The notes beneath the pieces are model-generated. The model was not told the origin of the DNA, did not search any database, and saw only the letters and a program-made list of their open reading frames with translations. From positions 22,860 to 86,859 of the forward strand of contig JAJRRW010000068.1 of the NCBI GenBank assembly GCA_024279115.1: 64,000 bases of DNA, in the 5' to 3' direction. Position numbers and translations under genes: made by a program. The DNA is from Alphaproteobacteria bacterium. Its GTDB lineage: Bacteria > Pseudomonadota > Alphaproteobacteria > Rhizobiales > JAKIUO01. Of the stretch, positions 18,629 to 29,432 are shown in pieces. How positions within the stretch are numbered: the first letter of the stretch is position 1; each line of letters opens with the position of its first letter.

Positions 18629-19521
18629 GCCTTTGCTTTTGAGCTTTCCATCGCCTTTTCCAGTTCGCGTTTGACATCATCCTTGAGCGTATCGCACCTG
18701 TTGAGGATCTCTTCCATCTTGAAAAAGTCGAGCACCTTGAAGCGCCCCACCGGTGGCGATAATAAAATGTCGGGCTGATGGTCATGCAGTTTTTCGCGCA
18801 GGATCGAGCGCATGATGATTTGCGACGTGCCAATCAGCGCTTCCATGGAGCCTGGCATGCTTTTACCATCGCCGCGCGGCTCGCCATTGACATCAATGGC
18901 CAGCGAAATATCCATCTGCCCTTCAAGGCTCTCATAAGGCAACGGATTAACGAACCCCCCATCGATCAGAATATGGCCATCAATGACAACGGGTTCCAAA
19001 AGAGCCGGCAGCGCCGCACTGGCGGCAATGGCCGGCAATAACGGGCCACTTGTGACATCTCGTTGCATTTGCGTATGGTAGTCTGTGGTGATGGAAATAA
19101 ACGGGATTTGCAGCCCCTCGAAATCTTTCGGCAGGCTCGCGGGCAATAGTTGTTCCAGCACGGTTTCCACATTGAACAAAGCAGGGGAAAACGGGTTCCA
19201 GATCTGCGTGCGCGAACCCGGCCATTTGCGCATTACCTTGCGCACCAGATTGCTCTTTTTATGGAACAGCTCCTCGCAATGAGCACGTATTTGCGCCCCT
19301 GACAGGCCAGACGCATACGCCGCCCCAAAAATCGCGCCGATGCTCGTTCCTGCGATCAGAGTTGGCTTGACGCCCATCTCATCAAGGGCTTCGAGCACCA
19401 AAAGATGCACAAGCCCGCGCGCGCCGCCACCGCCGAGCGCCAGCCCGATAGTGGGTTCACTCCCATTGCTGTTTTGGTGTTTTGGCTCTTGGGATGTCTT
19501 GTTGATCATTTTTCCTGACAT
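18625..19521 (-). CDS. Patatin-like phospholipase
   Basis: GGGGARG oxyanion motif and GTSIG nucleophile elbow. Confidence 0.85.
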   Translation of the reverse strand: MSGKMINKTSQEPKHQNSNGSEPTIGLALGGGGARGLVHLLVLEALDEMGVKPTLIAGTSIGAIFGAAYASGLSGAQIRAHCEELFHKKSNLVRKVMRKWPGSRTQIWNPFSPALFNVETVLEQLLPASLPKDFEGLQIPFISITTDYHTQMQRDVTSGPLLPAIAASAALPALLEPVVIDGHILIDGGFVNPLPYESLEGQMDISLAIDVNGEPRGDGKSMPGSMEALIGTSQIIMRSILREKLHDHQPDILLSPPVGRFKVLDFFKMEEILNRCDTLKDDVKRELEKAMESSKAKA

Positions 19522-19586
19522 GGGGGCCTCGTTCGGATTTAAGTGCGATCAAAATGGTTTTCAGTGGCCGCGGGGGGCCGAGCGGA

Positions 19587-20870
19587 TCAAGTGCTTTGTT
19601 TTTCCCGCTCAACCGCTCGCCAGCCAATATCCTTGCGGTAAAAGCCTTGCGGCCAGTCGATTTTGTCGATCGCCGCATAGGCCTTGTCGCGCGCCTGCGA
19701 AACGGTGTCGCCAAGGGCGGTTATGTTCAGCACCCGCCCGCCGGTTGCCAGGATGCGGCCATCCTCATTTTTGGTGCCAGCATGGAAGATCATGACATCG
19801 GGATCATTGGCCGCCTCTTCAAGCCCCTTGATCTCGCTACCGCTGTCATAGTCTCCAGGATATCCCTTTGTCGCCATGACAATGGTGATGGCGGGACGCT
19901 CGTCAAAGCGATTGACCATACGCTCGAGCTTGCCATCAGAAGAGGCCAGCATGACCGGCAACAAATCGGAGCGCAACCGCGCCATCTGCACCTGACATTC
20001 GGGATCGCCAAAGCGCACATTATACTCGATCAGCTTGGGCCCCTCGCTGGTGATCATCAACCCGGCAAACAGCACGCCCTTGAACGGCATCCCCTCCGCC
20101 TTCATGCCCTTCAAGGTCGGCAGGATAATCTCATCCATGGTGCGCTGGCACATGTCTTTGGTCATGACGGGAGCGGGAGAATACGCGCCCATGCCGCCGG
20201 TATTTGGGCCCGTATCGCCCTCATAGGCACATTTATGATCCTGCGCCGTGGGGAATTCCATGGCATAATCACCATCGGAAATGACGAAAAAGCTGGCTTC
20301 TTCGCCGACCAGACATTCTTCAATGACAAGTTTCGTCCCCGCCTCCCCAAAACGCCCGGCAAAGCACTCTTTGGTGGCTTTTCGCGCCTCATCCTGGTCT
20401 TTTGCAATGATCACGCCCTTGCCGGCTGCCAGGCCGTCCGCCTTGATGACAATCGGGTAGGCGCACTCATTGAGATAGGACAATGCGGGCGCTTCACGTT
20501 CAAAGATTTCGTAAAATGCGGTCGGGATGTCATATTTGCTGCATAATTGCTTGGTGAAGGCTTTTGACCCTTCTAGTTGAGCCGCCGCCTTGGTAGGCCC
20601 AAAGGCCTTGATGCCCTCGACTTCAAGGCTGTCCACCAAACCATCCACCAGCGGCAACTCGGGCCCAACGACCACCAGCCCGACATTATTCTCCCAGCAA
20701 AAATCGACAATCGTCTGGTGATCGGTGACATCAAGATCAAGGCAGGTGGCAAGCTTGGCTATGCCGCCATTGCCGGGCGTACAAAAAACATCTCCGGCCA
20801 TCTGACTGCGTGAAAAGGCATAGGCCAGCGCATGCTCACGCCCTCCCGAGCCGATTATTAAAACACCCAT
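19587..20870 (-). CDS. purD: Phosphoribosylamine-glycine ligase
   Basis: MGVLIIGSGGREHALAYAF, ATP-grasp core and typical length of 427 aa. Confidence 0.95.
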   Translation of the reverse strand: MGVLIIGSGGREHALAYAFSRSQMAGDVFCTPGNGGIAKLATCLDLDVTDHQTIVDFCWENNVGLVVVGPELPLVDGLVDSLEVEGIKAFGPTKAAAQLEGSKAFTKQLCSKYDIPTAFYEIFEREAPALSYLNECAYPIVIKADGLAAGKGVIIAKDQDEARKATKECFAGRFGEAGTKLVIEECLVGEEASFFVISDGDYAMEFPTAQDHKCAYEGDTGPNTGGMGAYSPAPVMTKDMCQRTMDEIILPTLKGMKAEGMPFKGVLFAGLMITSEGPKLIEYNVRFGDPECQVQMARLRSDLLPVMLASSDGKLERMVNRFDERPAITIVMATKGYPGDYDSGSEIKGLEEAANDPDVMIFHAGTKNEDGRILATGGRVLNITALGDTVSQARDKAYAAIDKIDWPQGFYRKDIGWRAVEREKQST

Positions 20871-20956
20871 TTCATTTAATCCCCGGATTGCTAATTTCGT
20901 TATTGAAGCGTTTTTACCTAAAGTCTATCTATAGAGCCAGTTAAAACAGGAAATAA

Positions 20957-22492
20957 GTGCAAATGCCTATGGACGGACTGCCACTGGACAGGAATGGCAA
21001 TGACAAGGGAGCGGACAAGGAGACGGGCAAGGGCAATGTCGCCGAATTTACCGTCTCTGAATTGTCTTTTGCCGTCAAGCGCACTGTGGAGCGCGGCTTT
21101 GAACATGTGCGGGTGCGCGGTGAACTCGGGCGCATTTCGACCCCTGCGTCCGGGCATATTTATCTCGATCTTAAAGATGACAAGGCCGTCATTAACGGGG
21201 TGATCTGGAAGGGCAATGCGCAAAAGATGAAAATCCGCCCCGAACAGGGGCTGGAAGTCATCGCCACGGGCAAGCTCACCACCTTTCCCGGTCAGAGCAA
21301 ATATCAAATCATTATTGAAAGCATCGAGCCTGCCGGGGTCGGCGCGCTGATGCAATTGCTGGAGCAGCTCAAGAAAAAACTGGAAACGGAGGGCCTGTTT
21401 GCCGACGAGCGCAAAAAGCAAAGACCGTTTTTGCCCCGCACCATCGGCATTATCACCTCCCCCACCGGCGCGGTTATCCGCGACATGATGCATGGCTTTA
21501 CCGAGCGCTTCCCCTCCCATGTGATCGTCTGGCCGGTGCGCGTGCAGGGCAAAACCAGCGGCGAAGAAGTGGCGCGGGCCATTCGCGGTTTTAATGCACT
21601 TGATGACAGCGCCAGAGTGCCGCGCCCCGACGTGCTGATCGTGGCGCGTGGTGGTGGCTCGCTGGAAGATTTATGGGGCTTTAACGAAGAAGTGGTGGCA
21701 CGCGCGGCCGCCGACAGTGATATTCCGCTGATCTCTGCGGTTGGTCATGAAACCGACTGGAGCGTGCTTGATCTGGTGGCTGATTTTCGCGCTCCCACCC
21801 CCACCAAAGCGGCCGAATGGGCGGGGCCTAAATATTCCGAACTGATGGAGCGGCTCGGCGAACTTGGCCATCGGCTCAATCTGGCCAACCGGCGCGCACT
21901 CGAAGCGCGGCGTAGCCGATTGCTGGCCGCCTCGCGCGGTCTGCCCCGCCTGGCCGATCTGTTGGCGCTACCACGGCAAAGAGTGGACGAGATGAGCCGC
22001 CGCCTGTCCGGCAGTCTCTTGCAACTGGTGCGCGAAAAACGCTCCCGACTGGAGCGTCTGCCCCTGTCTGCCAATATGCTGATGATGCGTCAACGCCAAG
22101 GACGCGAGCGTCTGTTGATGGTGGGAGGGCGCGCCGATCGCAGTTTCAAAGCCCTCATCGAGCGCCAGCGTTTCGCCCTTGAAGGACAGCGAAAACTACT
22201 GGCAAGCCTGAGCCATAAATCCGTATTGGAGCGCGGCTTTGCCCTTGTTCGCGATGAAAACGGTGCCATGCTCCGCTCGGTCAACGACATGCAAAGCGGC
22301 CAGTTGGTCGAGCTCGAAATGACAGATGGAAACATCCATAGTCAAATTGTCGGCGCTAGCACAAAAGCCGCATCTGGCGCTCCAATAAAACCCAAGCCCG
22401 CAACAAAACCCAGGCCAGCGACAAAACCAGCAGCGCGAAAAACGCGCAAAAAACCGCCCGTTAACGGCGGGGGACAAGGGTCACTGTTTTAA
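20957..22492 (+). CDS. xseA: Exodeoxyribonuclease VII large subunit
   Basis: OB-fold N-terminus (VRVRGELGRISTPASGHIYLDLKD), ARGGGSLEDLWGFNEE motif, and a coiled-coil C-terminus. Confidence 0.9.
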   Translation: MQMPMDGLPLDRNGNDKGADKETGKGNVAEFTVSELSFAVKRTVERGFEHVRVRGELGRISTPASGHIYLDLKDDKAVINGVIWKGNAQKMKIRPEQGLEVIATGKLTTFPGQSKYQIIIESIEPAGVGALMQLLEQLKKKLETEGLFADERKKQRPFLPRTIGIITSPTGAVIRDMMHGFTERFPSHVIVWPVRVQGKTSGEEVARAIRGFNALDDSARVPRPDVLIVARGGGSLEDLWGFNEEVVARAAADSDIPLISAVGHETDWSVLDLVADFRAPTPTKAAEWAGPKYSELMERLGELGHRLNLANRRALEARRSRLLAASRGLPRLADLLALPRQRVDEMSRRLSGSLLQLVREKRSRLERLPLSANMLMMRQRQGRERLLMVGGRADRSFKALIERQRFALEGQRKLLASLSHKSVLERGFALVRDENGAMLRSVNDMQSGQLVELEMTDGNIHSQIVGASTKAASGAPIKPKPATKPRPATKPAARKTRKKPPVNGGGQGSLF

Positions 22493-22828
22493 AACCAATC
22501 ATTGCTTTGAAGATCATTGCTCACGAGATCTTTGCTCTGGAGACCATGCCCCGGCAAAACCGCCCTGCAGAACGCGTGAACATTTGCACCCACGCAAAAC
22601 ATGAGGGCAAATACTCACACGCTCACAGCGATATCTGGCAAGGTGTCGCCAATATTACCCGAGTAATTGACAAGCCGAAAATTAGTCATTGTTTTTACAA
22701 CAATTATTTCTTGTCATCCCCGCCTGCGCGGGGAAGCACAGTGGTGTATGCGGGGATATCACTGATATATAACGCTAAATCAACGCATTTTCTTTAAAGC
22801 CGGAAGGTTTCCTTATCCGTTATTCAGC

Positions 22829-23044
22829 CTATTTAAAAGCGTTTCCAGGTGTTGCACCAAGCGCCTTGAAAATCATCGCAGCAGGGCAAAATCCAGTCAA
22901 CGATGCCTGAAACAGATTGGCACCAACAAAACCAGGTATGATCAACCAATAGCTACCAAAATCCATCCAGTTTAAATAAGCGCCAGCAGTGCCAACCAAG
23001 ATAAAAACCCCGGCCATCATCATCACCATACGGTCAATATTCAT
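22829..23044 (-). CDS. DUF2892 (YgaP-like) small membrane protein
   Basis: Two TM helices and the NLFQASLTGFCPAAMIF motif. The ATG at 23044 follows gggagagg. Confidence 0.65.
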   Translation of the reverse strand: MNIDRMVMMMAGVFILVGTAGAYLNWMDFGSYWLIIPGFVGANLFQASLTGFCPAAMIFKALGATPGNAFK

Positions 23045-23259
23045 TTTTTCTACCTCTCCCAATTGTTGTTCATTTCACAAAATCACCTTAAAGAGTCTGC
23101 CCCGTGAAAACAATATAAACAAAGCTCAAAATGTCGCGTAGATGCGCCAAATAGCGCAATCTAGCCATGCTTCCGCGTTAATTAGAGCAAACCTCTTGCG
23201 CCACAACCATGAGCAGAATATAACCCGCAGCAATTAAGTTTAACACGGGAGCAACGACC

Positions 23260-24084
23260 ATGACGTCCAAAACAACCAACTCGATCCGATTACGGACCGT
23301 AGCCCTGTCGCTTGCGCTCGCTTTTGCCGCGACCCCGGCCATGGCAGCAAAATGCGGGAATGGCGCAGGCGGTTTTAACGCCTGGAAAGCTCAATTTGCC
23401 AAGGAAGCACGCGCCAAGGGAATTTCGCAAAAAACCCTCAACCGAGCCTTCAAGGGCGTCTCTTATGACAAGCGCGTCATCCGCCTTGATCGCTCGCAAA
23501 AAAGCTTCAAACTGTCATTCGCGCAATTTTATAAGCGCCGCGCCGCTGGTCTTGTTGGCCGCGCCCGCGCCAAGCTCAAACAAAATGCCCGCCTGCTGCG
23601 ACGCATCGAAAAACGCTTTGGCGTTCCTGGCCCGATCCTTATCTCGATCTGGGGACTGGAAACCGGTTTTGGCGGTAATTCGGGGAAGATGAATGTCGTC
23701 AGGTCTCTGGCCACCTTGTCCTATGATTGCCGTCGCACCGCTTTTTTTACCAAGAACCTCTATGCGGCCCTCAAAATCATCCAGCGCGGCGATATGAGCC
23801 CCGGCCAGATGCGTGGTGCCTGGGCCGGCGAACTTGGACAGACCCAGTTCATGGCCGATTCCTATTTACGTTTTGCGGTTGATTTTGACGGCAATGGTCG
23901 CCGTGATCTGGTGCGCTCACGCGCCGACGTGCTTGCCTCCACCGCCAACTATCTGCGCGGCCATGGCTGGAAACGCGGCGGCTCCTGGGGACCTGGCACC
24001 CACAATCACAATGTCCTGCGTAAATGGAACAAAGCCGGTGTCTACCGCAAAACCATCGCTAAAATGGCCAATGCCATCAAATAG
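23260..24084 (+). CDS. Lytic murein transglycosylase (MltB/SLT_2 family), secreted
   Basis: Signal peptide, WGLETGFG and GAWAGELGQTQFM motifs. Confidence 0.85.
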   Translation: MTSKTTNSIRLRTVALSLALAFAATPAMAAKCGNGAGGFNAWKAQFAKEARAKGISQKTLNRAFKGVSYDKRVIRLDRSQKSFKLSFAQFYKRRAAGLVGRARAKLKQNARLLRRIEKRFGVPGPILISIWGLETGFGGNSGKMNVVRSLATLSYDCRRTAFFTKNLYAALKIIQRGDMSPGQMRGAWAGELGQTQFMADSYLRFAVDFDGNGRRDLVRSRADVLASTANYLRGHGWKRGGSWGPGTHNHNVLRKWNKAGVYRKTIAKMANAIK

Positions 24085-24121
24085 AAGCCTCAGTAATTAG
24101 GGATGAATGAAAAGAGATTGA

Positions 24122-24158
24122 ACAAGGGGCGAGCGCATAGACTGCACTCGCCCCTTGT
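24122..24158. terminator. Hairpin between convergent genes (possible bidirectional terminator)
   Basis: 12-bp perfect stem acaaggggcgag/ctcgccccttgt. The flanking T/A tracts are weak. Confidence 0.45.
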
Positions 24159-24183
24159 TTCAGGCCTTACGACTTTTCAAACC

Positions 24184-24732
24184 TTATGACTTGTCGGCTT
24201 TTACAGCCCTGCGGCTGATGCTATCGAGCCAGGTCATGCCAATCGCCGAGACCACAAATGTCATATGAATAATCACCGCCCACATCAGCTTGTCATTGTT
24301 TATTTCATTGATATCCATGAAAAATTTCAACAAATGAATAGATGAAATCGCCACAATCGAGGCCGCCACCTTGGTTTTCAGGCTACCCGCATCAAGCTTG
24401 CCGAGCCAGGACAGCTTTTCATCGCCCTCACTAATATCAATGCGCGAGACAAAGTTTTCATATCCCGAAAACATGACCATCACAATCAGGCCGCCAACCA
24501 GCGCGATGTCGACAAGTGTCAAAACCAGCAGCACAAGATGGGCTTCCTTGATGACAAAAATCATCGGCACCACATGGAATATCTCCTGAAAGAACTTTAT
24601 CCCCAAAAGCATCAGAGCCAACGATAGCCCAAGATAAATAGGAGCCAGCAACCAACGGCTCATATACATGAGACGCTCGCCCGTTTCCTCCAGCGTTTTA
24701 AAAAAACTACTCATTGGTTGATATGACCTCAA
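24184..24732 (-). CDS. UPF0114/YqhA-family membrane protein
   Basis: [29 protein letters not shown] pattern typical of YqhA. Confidence 0.8.
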   Translation of the reverse strand: MRSYQPMSSFFKTLEETGERLMYMSRWLLAPIYLGLSLALMLLGIKFFQEIFHVVPMIFVIKEAHLVLLVLTLVDIALVGGLIVMVMFSGYENFVSRIDISEGDEKLSWLGKLDAGSLKTKVAASIVAISSIHLLKFFMDINEINNDKLMWAVIIHMTFVVSAIGMTWLDSISRRAVKADKS

Positions 24733-25076
24733 TCTGTTAAGTTTTGCGATTGCTTATATGGCGGATAAGCCTCCCCAACACAACCCAAAAAGCGCCCGAC
24801 ACCCCATCGCCAAAGGGACCAATGCTGATAAATGGAGGGTAAGCGGGGGACCAGCGGAACATAATGCGCTCGCCGCGCGAAAGCCTGTGCGGCCGGCAGC
24901 AAGGACCAGTCCCTGCACCCTGTTATGGGGGGGGACTGGTCCTTGCGTTATGTCTGGACCAGTGTAGCGCCGCCCCGCCGCCCAATGACGCTCCCTCGAT
25001 GCAAGATGTTTGAGAGAACGGGGCAATGACATTCCAAACCACCCTTTCGCTGGTCTAAACTCGATAACCTCCTCCC

Positions 25077-25182
25077 CTAGGGTCTTTCCGTTTTAGGTTG
25101 ACAAAATGAAAGCCCCTAGCTCTTTGTTTTATCGTGCTTCTTATCGGAAAACCGGTACCCACTTTTCTCGGAAGCACTCTAA
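25077..25182. repeat. Adjacent repeat modules C and D joined at CTAG
   Basis: ctagggtctttccgttttaggttgacaaaatgaaagcccctag, followed by ctctttgttttatcgtgcttcttatcggaaaaccggtacccacttttctcggaagcactcta. The same modules occur at 39083-39125 and 39284-39350. Confidence 0.8.
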
Positions 25183-25249
25183 TCGGGGTTTGGGGACTAG
25201 TCCCCAACGCTGTCTGCGAAGACGCCCGTCCGGCGAGGACATTACTTTT

Positions 25250-28200
25250 CTACTGCACAACCGCGCCCTCACCGACCACCACAAAAGGGGCCCAATAGGA
25301 GGGGTGCGAGGCCAGATCATCGTCTTTCTTTTGAAGCACCCACAACATGGCCAGACGCAGCGCCTCGGCTCTGCCAACGGGCTGACCGGCGGTTTGCCCC
25401 TCGTCAATATATTTGAAGGCTTTGGTGGTCAGCAAGGTGGCGGCGTCTGAATAGACCGGCCAGTGGGAGACCAGCAGCGATTTGGCGCCTGCGTAAAAGA
25501 ACGCCTGCGCCAGACCTGACAGAGCTTCGGCCCCCGGCTTATCGCCAGAGGCGGTGTTGCAGGCCGACAGCACAACCCAGTCCGCATTGAGGTGCAATTG
25601 CGTAACTTCTGATGCGGTGAGCAGGCCATCGTCGATAGTGGTGGCCTTTTGCGGCACACTGAGCGCCAGAGCGGGCTCCCCCAATCCCTTGATATCTCCC
25701 GATATCAGCCCGTGCGTGGCGAAATAAACGATCTTGTGACGCGCCAGTTCACCAGACTTGTTCAACTGTTTGACAATGGCCTCGCTGGCCCCTCGCCCCA
25801 GCTTGATGTCGCCAAGCGGTACATTGAGCGTCTTGGCGACATTGATCAGCTCGTCTCTGGTGTCGGGCAATTGCGACAGCTGTGACAGGGCCGCCAGGTT
25901 GACCTGCCCACCGCGATAAAAACTGGCAAAACCAGCCGTGTTCGAGACCCGCGCGATGGGCTTTTTTTGTTGCGAAAACACCGGATCTCCAAAACCGATC
26001 AGGGCCTTAGGCGGGCTGTCGCTTTTACCGGCAAACTGGCGCAAGGCTTTGAGGGAGGCGATACTTGGCAAAGTGGTCAGGGCATATTTTTTAATCAACC
26101 AGCTTGCCTCGCGATAGATTTGACTTTCGCCTGGCGCGCCAGATGTGGGCGGGTCGGTGATCAACACCTGAAACGGCAGACCGGTCAAGGCGTCCGACGC
26201 GATGATGATCAGATGTTTCTTGCTGCCGATGACGTCTTCGAGGGGTTGCAGCAGATCCTTGTAGAGCTTGTGCGAAGCATCCAGATCAAACGAGGTTTTG
26301 ACTTTCACCTCCAGGGCCGGTTGCGCATTTGATGCAAACCCCCTTGTGCCAGCGGTCAGCGGATTGAGGGAGAGCCGCAAATGGGCTACCTGTTTGCGCA
26401 ATTCGCTGCGCTTCAGGGGCACCCGGTGCCAGGCGAATTGTGTATTGGTCAGCGCCCAGATATAAACCGCCTGATTGGAGGTCATGAAATAAATCAGCGC
26501 CTCATCGCCTTGAAGCTGTTTTTGAACATCGCTGCCGGTCAGCGGTTGGGGATTGGCAAGGCTGGCATATTCAGGAAACTGCGCAGCCAGTTTTTGATCA
26601 AGGCTTTTGATCTTGTCGCCGACCTCGATGAGCGAAACCCGCAGCCTTTTAATCGCCGCACCATCACGCGATTTGCTGGTCGCACCAACCAGGGAGGCCA
26701 GCTTGCTATCGAGTTTGGTATAACGCCGTGTGAGGTACTGACGGTGGCGCACATTGCTGGCCAACTGCCCACTACCCGCCGCAAAACGCGCCGACATTTG
26801 CGCAAGAGCCGCGCCTGCCGAGGTGCGAAGGGCTTTTTGCGCCGCATGCAACCCCTGTTCCATCAAGGCATCGCGATTTGAGCCGGTTTTTTGCAGCAGA
26901 TCCTTGTTGCTGGCCACATGCCACGAGGTGATCGCCAGACCGGAAAACACACCGCGACGCCCGCCGCCTTTGGCATCATTTTTACCTTCTTGTTTATGGA
27001 TCAGTTGCAGTTCTTCAATGCGCGCGGCCCGGCGATAATTGGCAAGGGCAACAAGATAGTTCTGCTGCCACAGATAAAGCTTGCCCATCTGATAATGAAT
27101 ATAGCCGGTTTTGATATGATCGCGACCATTGGCCTTGATGGAAATCTCCAGCGCCTTTTTATAATGGCGCTCAGAAGCGACATAATCCTGGCGGGCAAAA
27201 TCATTTTCGCCAAGCAATCGCCAGATATTGGCCAGCATGGGATGGTTTTCGCCAAAGGCTTTTTGATTGATCGCGATGGCTTTACGAAACAGTTTTTCCG
27301 CGCCTATATAATCTTTGCGATTGCCGTAAAGAGCGGCCAGATTGCTCATGGCAAGGGCCACTTGCGGATGGCGGGGGCCATAGGCCTTGAGCAGCGCATC
27401 CATGGCCAGCTTATAGGTCTTTTCAGCCGCCACAAATCGCTTGGCGATGCGATAGGAGCCGGCCAGATTATCATAAAATACGCCGATCTGTGGATCGGAG
27501 GGCCTTGCGGGTTTTAGATAGATGGCAATTCCACGCTCTTGCAGCTTTATGGCCTCGCCTGTGCGGCCCTGATAGCCATAGACAGCGGCCAGATTGTTCA
27601 GGGCCAGCGACACCGTGCGATGCTCGGGACCCAGATTTTCTTCAAATAGGGCCAGCGCTTTCTTGTGAAATTTCTCGGCCACATCAAATTTCTCAATCTC
27701 GATATTGAGCACACCAAGATTGTCGTAAAGACGCCCCAGATTGATCGGTTTGGCATTGCTGGCATCCAGATGAAAAGCCAGCGCTTTTTTATAAGCAGCG
27801 CCACTTTCGCCATAACGCCCGGTTTCGCGGTACAGCCCGCCCAGATTGCTGTAAACTGCACTTAATGTGGTTTTTTTTGGTTTTGATCGGGCCTGCTCGC
27901 GTTTGAGCGCCGTCTTCATCAAAGTCTCGGCTTTCTTGAATCTGGCGATTTGACGATTGAGCTGACCCAGAAAAATCATCGCATGAATGACTTTGGTGGC
28001 GCTTTCGCCCTCTTTTTTTATGAGAATTTCAAGGCGCCGCGCATAGACTGGTACCGCCGCTTCATAGCGCCCCAGATCCTCATAAAGCGTCGCCAGATTA
28101 CGCAGATGAACCAGTAATTGCGGGCTGTCTTTCCCTTCTTTTTTTTCGGTAATTTCAATCGCCCGCACCAGCGCCCGCCCCGCCAGGTCAAAATCCTTGG

Positions 28201-29149
28201 CGCGGTAAGCATAAGCCGACAAACGATTATGCTTGCCCGCCAGAGAAATATCATCAACGCCGAGCTTGGCTTCATTGAGGGAAATGAGCTGTTTGGCCAG
28301 CAAAATGGCCCGATCATACTGTTTCAGGCTGGAGGCGATTTCCGACAATTCCGTCATGGTCTGCAAGGTCAGGGGATGATCTGGACCTAACAGGATTTTG
28401 CGCGCTTGATAGACCTCGTCAAATAGCGTGATCGCAGCTTTATAATCTTTTTGCTTGGTATAAATTACCGCCCGATTGCTGATCGACATTATAGTGGTTT
28501 TATGGCGTCGCCCCAGCACCGTTTCATTGATGTTGATGGCGCGCTTGATCTTGACAATGGCCCCGCCATACTCCCCCGCATTGATCTCAATAACCCCCAG
28601 GCGATCAAGCGCAAAGGCAAGTCGTTTGGCATTTTTGGGAGGCGTACCACCATACAGCTCCACAAGCTGCAACAAGATTTTGGTTTCTTTGGCTGGCTGA
28701 CCGATCGCCAACAAGGCTGTTTGCAGATCTTCCAGGGTCCCCAATATGCGCTTGTCATTTGGCGGAAGCAGAGCCTTGCGGATCGCCAACGCCTCTTCAT
28801 AAAGGGGCACCGCGTGCTTGTAGCGCCTCGTCGAGGTATAAAGGACGGCCAGATTATTGATCTGGGACGCCGTCACCAGATGCTTGTTACCCAGCAGCTT
28901 GCGCGCCAGTTTAAGAGCTGTTTCGACCTCGACTTCCGCCTCCTTGTAGAGCTTTAATTTAAAGAAGTTCAAAAACAGCGCATGGGCCTTTTTAAAACGG
29001 GCGATGTCGCTGGCCTGGGAGCTGGAGAGTTCGGATTTCGCAGCTTTTGGCTTCGCCTCCTCGCCACTGGCCGCAACAAACATGCCCAAAGAAAACAATA
29101 GGATTGATGTCAAAAACATCGAGAAACTGCGTCTAAAATGAGAGGCCAT
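25250..29149 (-). CDS. Secreted multi-TPR protein with C-terminal CHAT (caspase-like) protease domain
   Basis: Signal peptide MFLTSILLFSLGMFVAASG. About 900 aa of TPR-like repeats (NLAxxY..G.Y.eAe periodicity). The C-terminus has the His/Cys dyad context YFATHG and VVLSACNTASGD. Confidence 0.9.
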   Translation of the reverse strand: MASHFRRSFSMFLTSILLFSLGMFVAASGEEAKPKAAKSELSSSQASDIARFKKAHALFLNFFKLKLYKEAEVEVETALKLARKLLGNKHLVTASQINNLAVLYTSTRRYKHAVPLYEEALAIRKALLPPNDKRILGTLEDLQTALLAIGQPAKETKILLQLVELYGGTPPKNAKRLAFALDRLGVIEINAGEYGGAIVKIKRAININETVLGRRHKTTIMSISNRAVIYTKQKDYKAAITLFDEVYQARKILLGPDHPLTLQTMTELSEIASSLKQYDRAILLAKQLISLNEAKLGVDDISLAGKHNRLSAYAYRAKDFDLAGRALVRAIEITEKKEGKDSPQLLVHLRNLATLYEDLGRYEAAVPVYARRLEILIKKEGESATKVIHAMIFLGQLNRQIARFKKAETLMKTALKREQARSKPKKTTLSAVYSNLGGLYRETGRYGESGAAYKKALAFHLDASNAKPINLGRLYDNLGVLNIEIEKFDVAEKFHKKALALFEENLGPEHRTVSLALNNLAAVYGYQGRTGEAIKLQERGIAIYLKPARPSDPQIGVFYDNLAGSYRIAKRFVAAEKTYKLAMDALLKAYGPRHPQVALAMSNLAALYGNRKDYIGAEKLFRKAIAINQKAFGENHPMLANIWRLLGENDFARQDYVASERHYKKALEISIKANGRDHIKTGYIHYQMGKLYLWQQNYLVALANYRRAARIEELQLIHKQEGKNDAKGGGRRGVFSGLAITSWHVASNKDLLQKTGSNRDALMEQGLHAAQKALRTSAGAALAQMSARFAAGSGQLASNVRHRQYLTRRYTKLDSKLASLVGATSKSRDGAAIKRLRVSLIEVGDKIKSLDQKLAAQFPEYASLANPQPLTGSDVQKQLQGDEALIYFMTSNQAVYIWALTNTQFAWHRVPLKRSELRKQVAHLRLSLNPLTAGTRGFASNAQPALEVKVKTSFDLDASHKLYKDLLQPLEDVIGSKKHLIIIASDALTGLPFQVLITDPPTSGAPGESQIYREASWLIKKYALTTLPSIASLKALRQFAGKSDSPPKALIGFGDPVFSQQKKPIARVSNTAGFASFYRGGQVNLAALSQLSQLPDTRDELINVAKTLNVPLGDIKLGRGASEAIVKQLNKSGELARHKIVYFATHGLISGDIKGLGEPALALSVPQKATTIDDGLLTASEVTQLHLNADWVVLSACNTASGDKPGAEALSGLAQAFFYAGAKSLLVSHWPVYSDAATLLTTKAFKYIDEGQTAGQPVGRAEALRLAMLWVLQKKDDDLASHPSYWAPFVVVGEGAVVQ

Positions 29150-29377
29150 CTGCCAGGTTCCTTCGCGAGTTATCCTGCGCTATCGCACCATTTAAACGAG
29201 CCGATGGCAAGGCCTGTTTACGCGGTCGGCGCACAAACAACCCGCCCGCCCGGTCTCTCGAACAGACGATCTTTACGCGCCGCAATGACATATTTTTACC
29301 TAACGCCATGTTCAAGCTGGATTGCGCGCCCGCAAGCAGCTAAAATAAGAAAAATATTTTATTTGCAAAAATATTTT

Positions 29378-29404
29378 GAACCTGACCCGTCGCCAACGCG
29401 ACTA
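29378..29404 (+). promoter_or_regulatory. Candidate ECF-type promoter upstream of the sigma gene
   Basis: GAAC, then 17 nt, then CGACTA, ending about 29 nt before the ATG at 29433. It resembles the GGAAC..CGTC architecture of ECF promoters. Confidence 0.3.
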
Positions 29405-29432
29405 TCCATTCACAAGCGGAGACCAAACGCCC

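Noticed and set aside
19554-20546. 330-aa plus-strand ORF opposite purD
   Set aside because: purD on the minus strand is unmistakable. The antisense frame has no motifs.
24754-25076. Structured ncRNA (tmRNA, RNase P, SRP or 6S) in the 500-bp gap between the yqhA-like gene and the CHAT gene
   Set aside because: I could not find a tag-peptide reading frame, an RNase P GGAAAGTCC-type core, or an SRP domain IV motif. The interval is better explained by the palindromic repeat at 24900-24955 and modules C/D.
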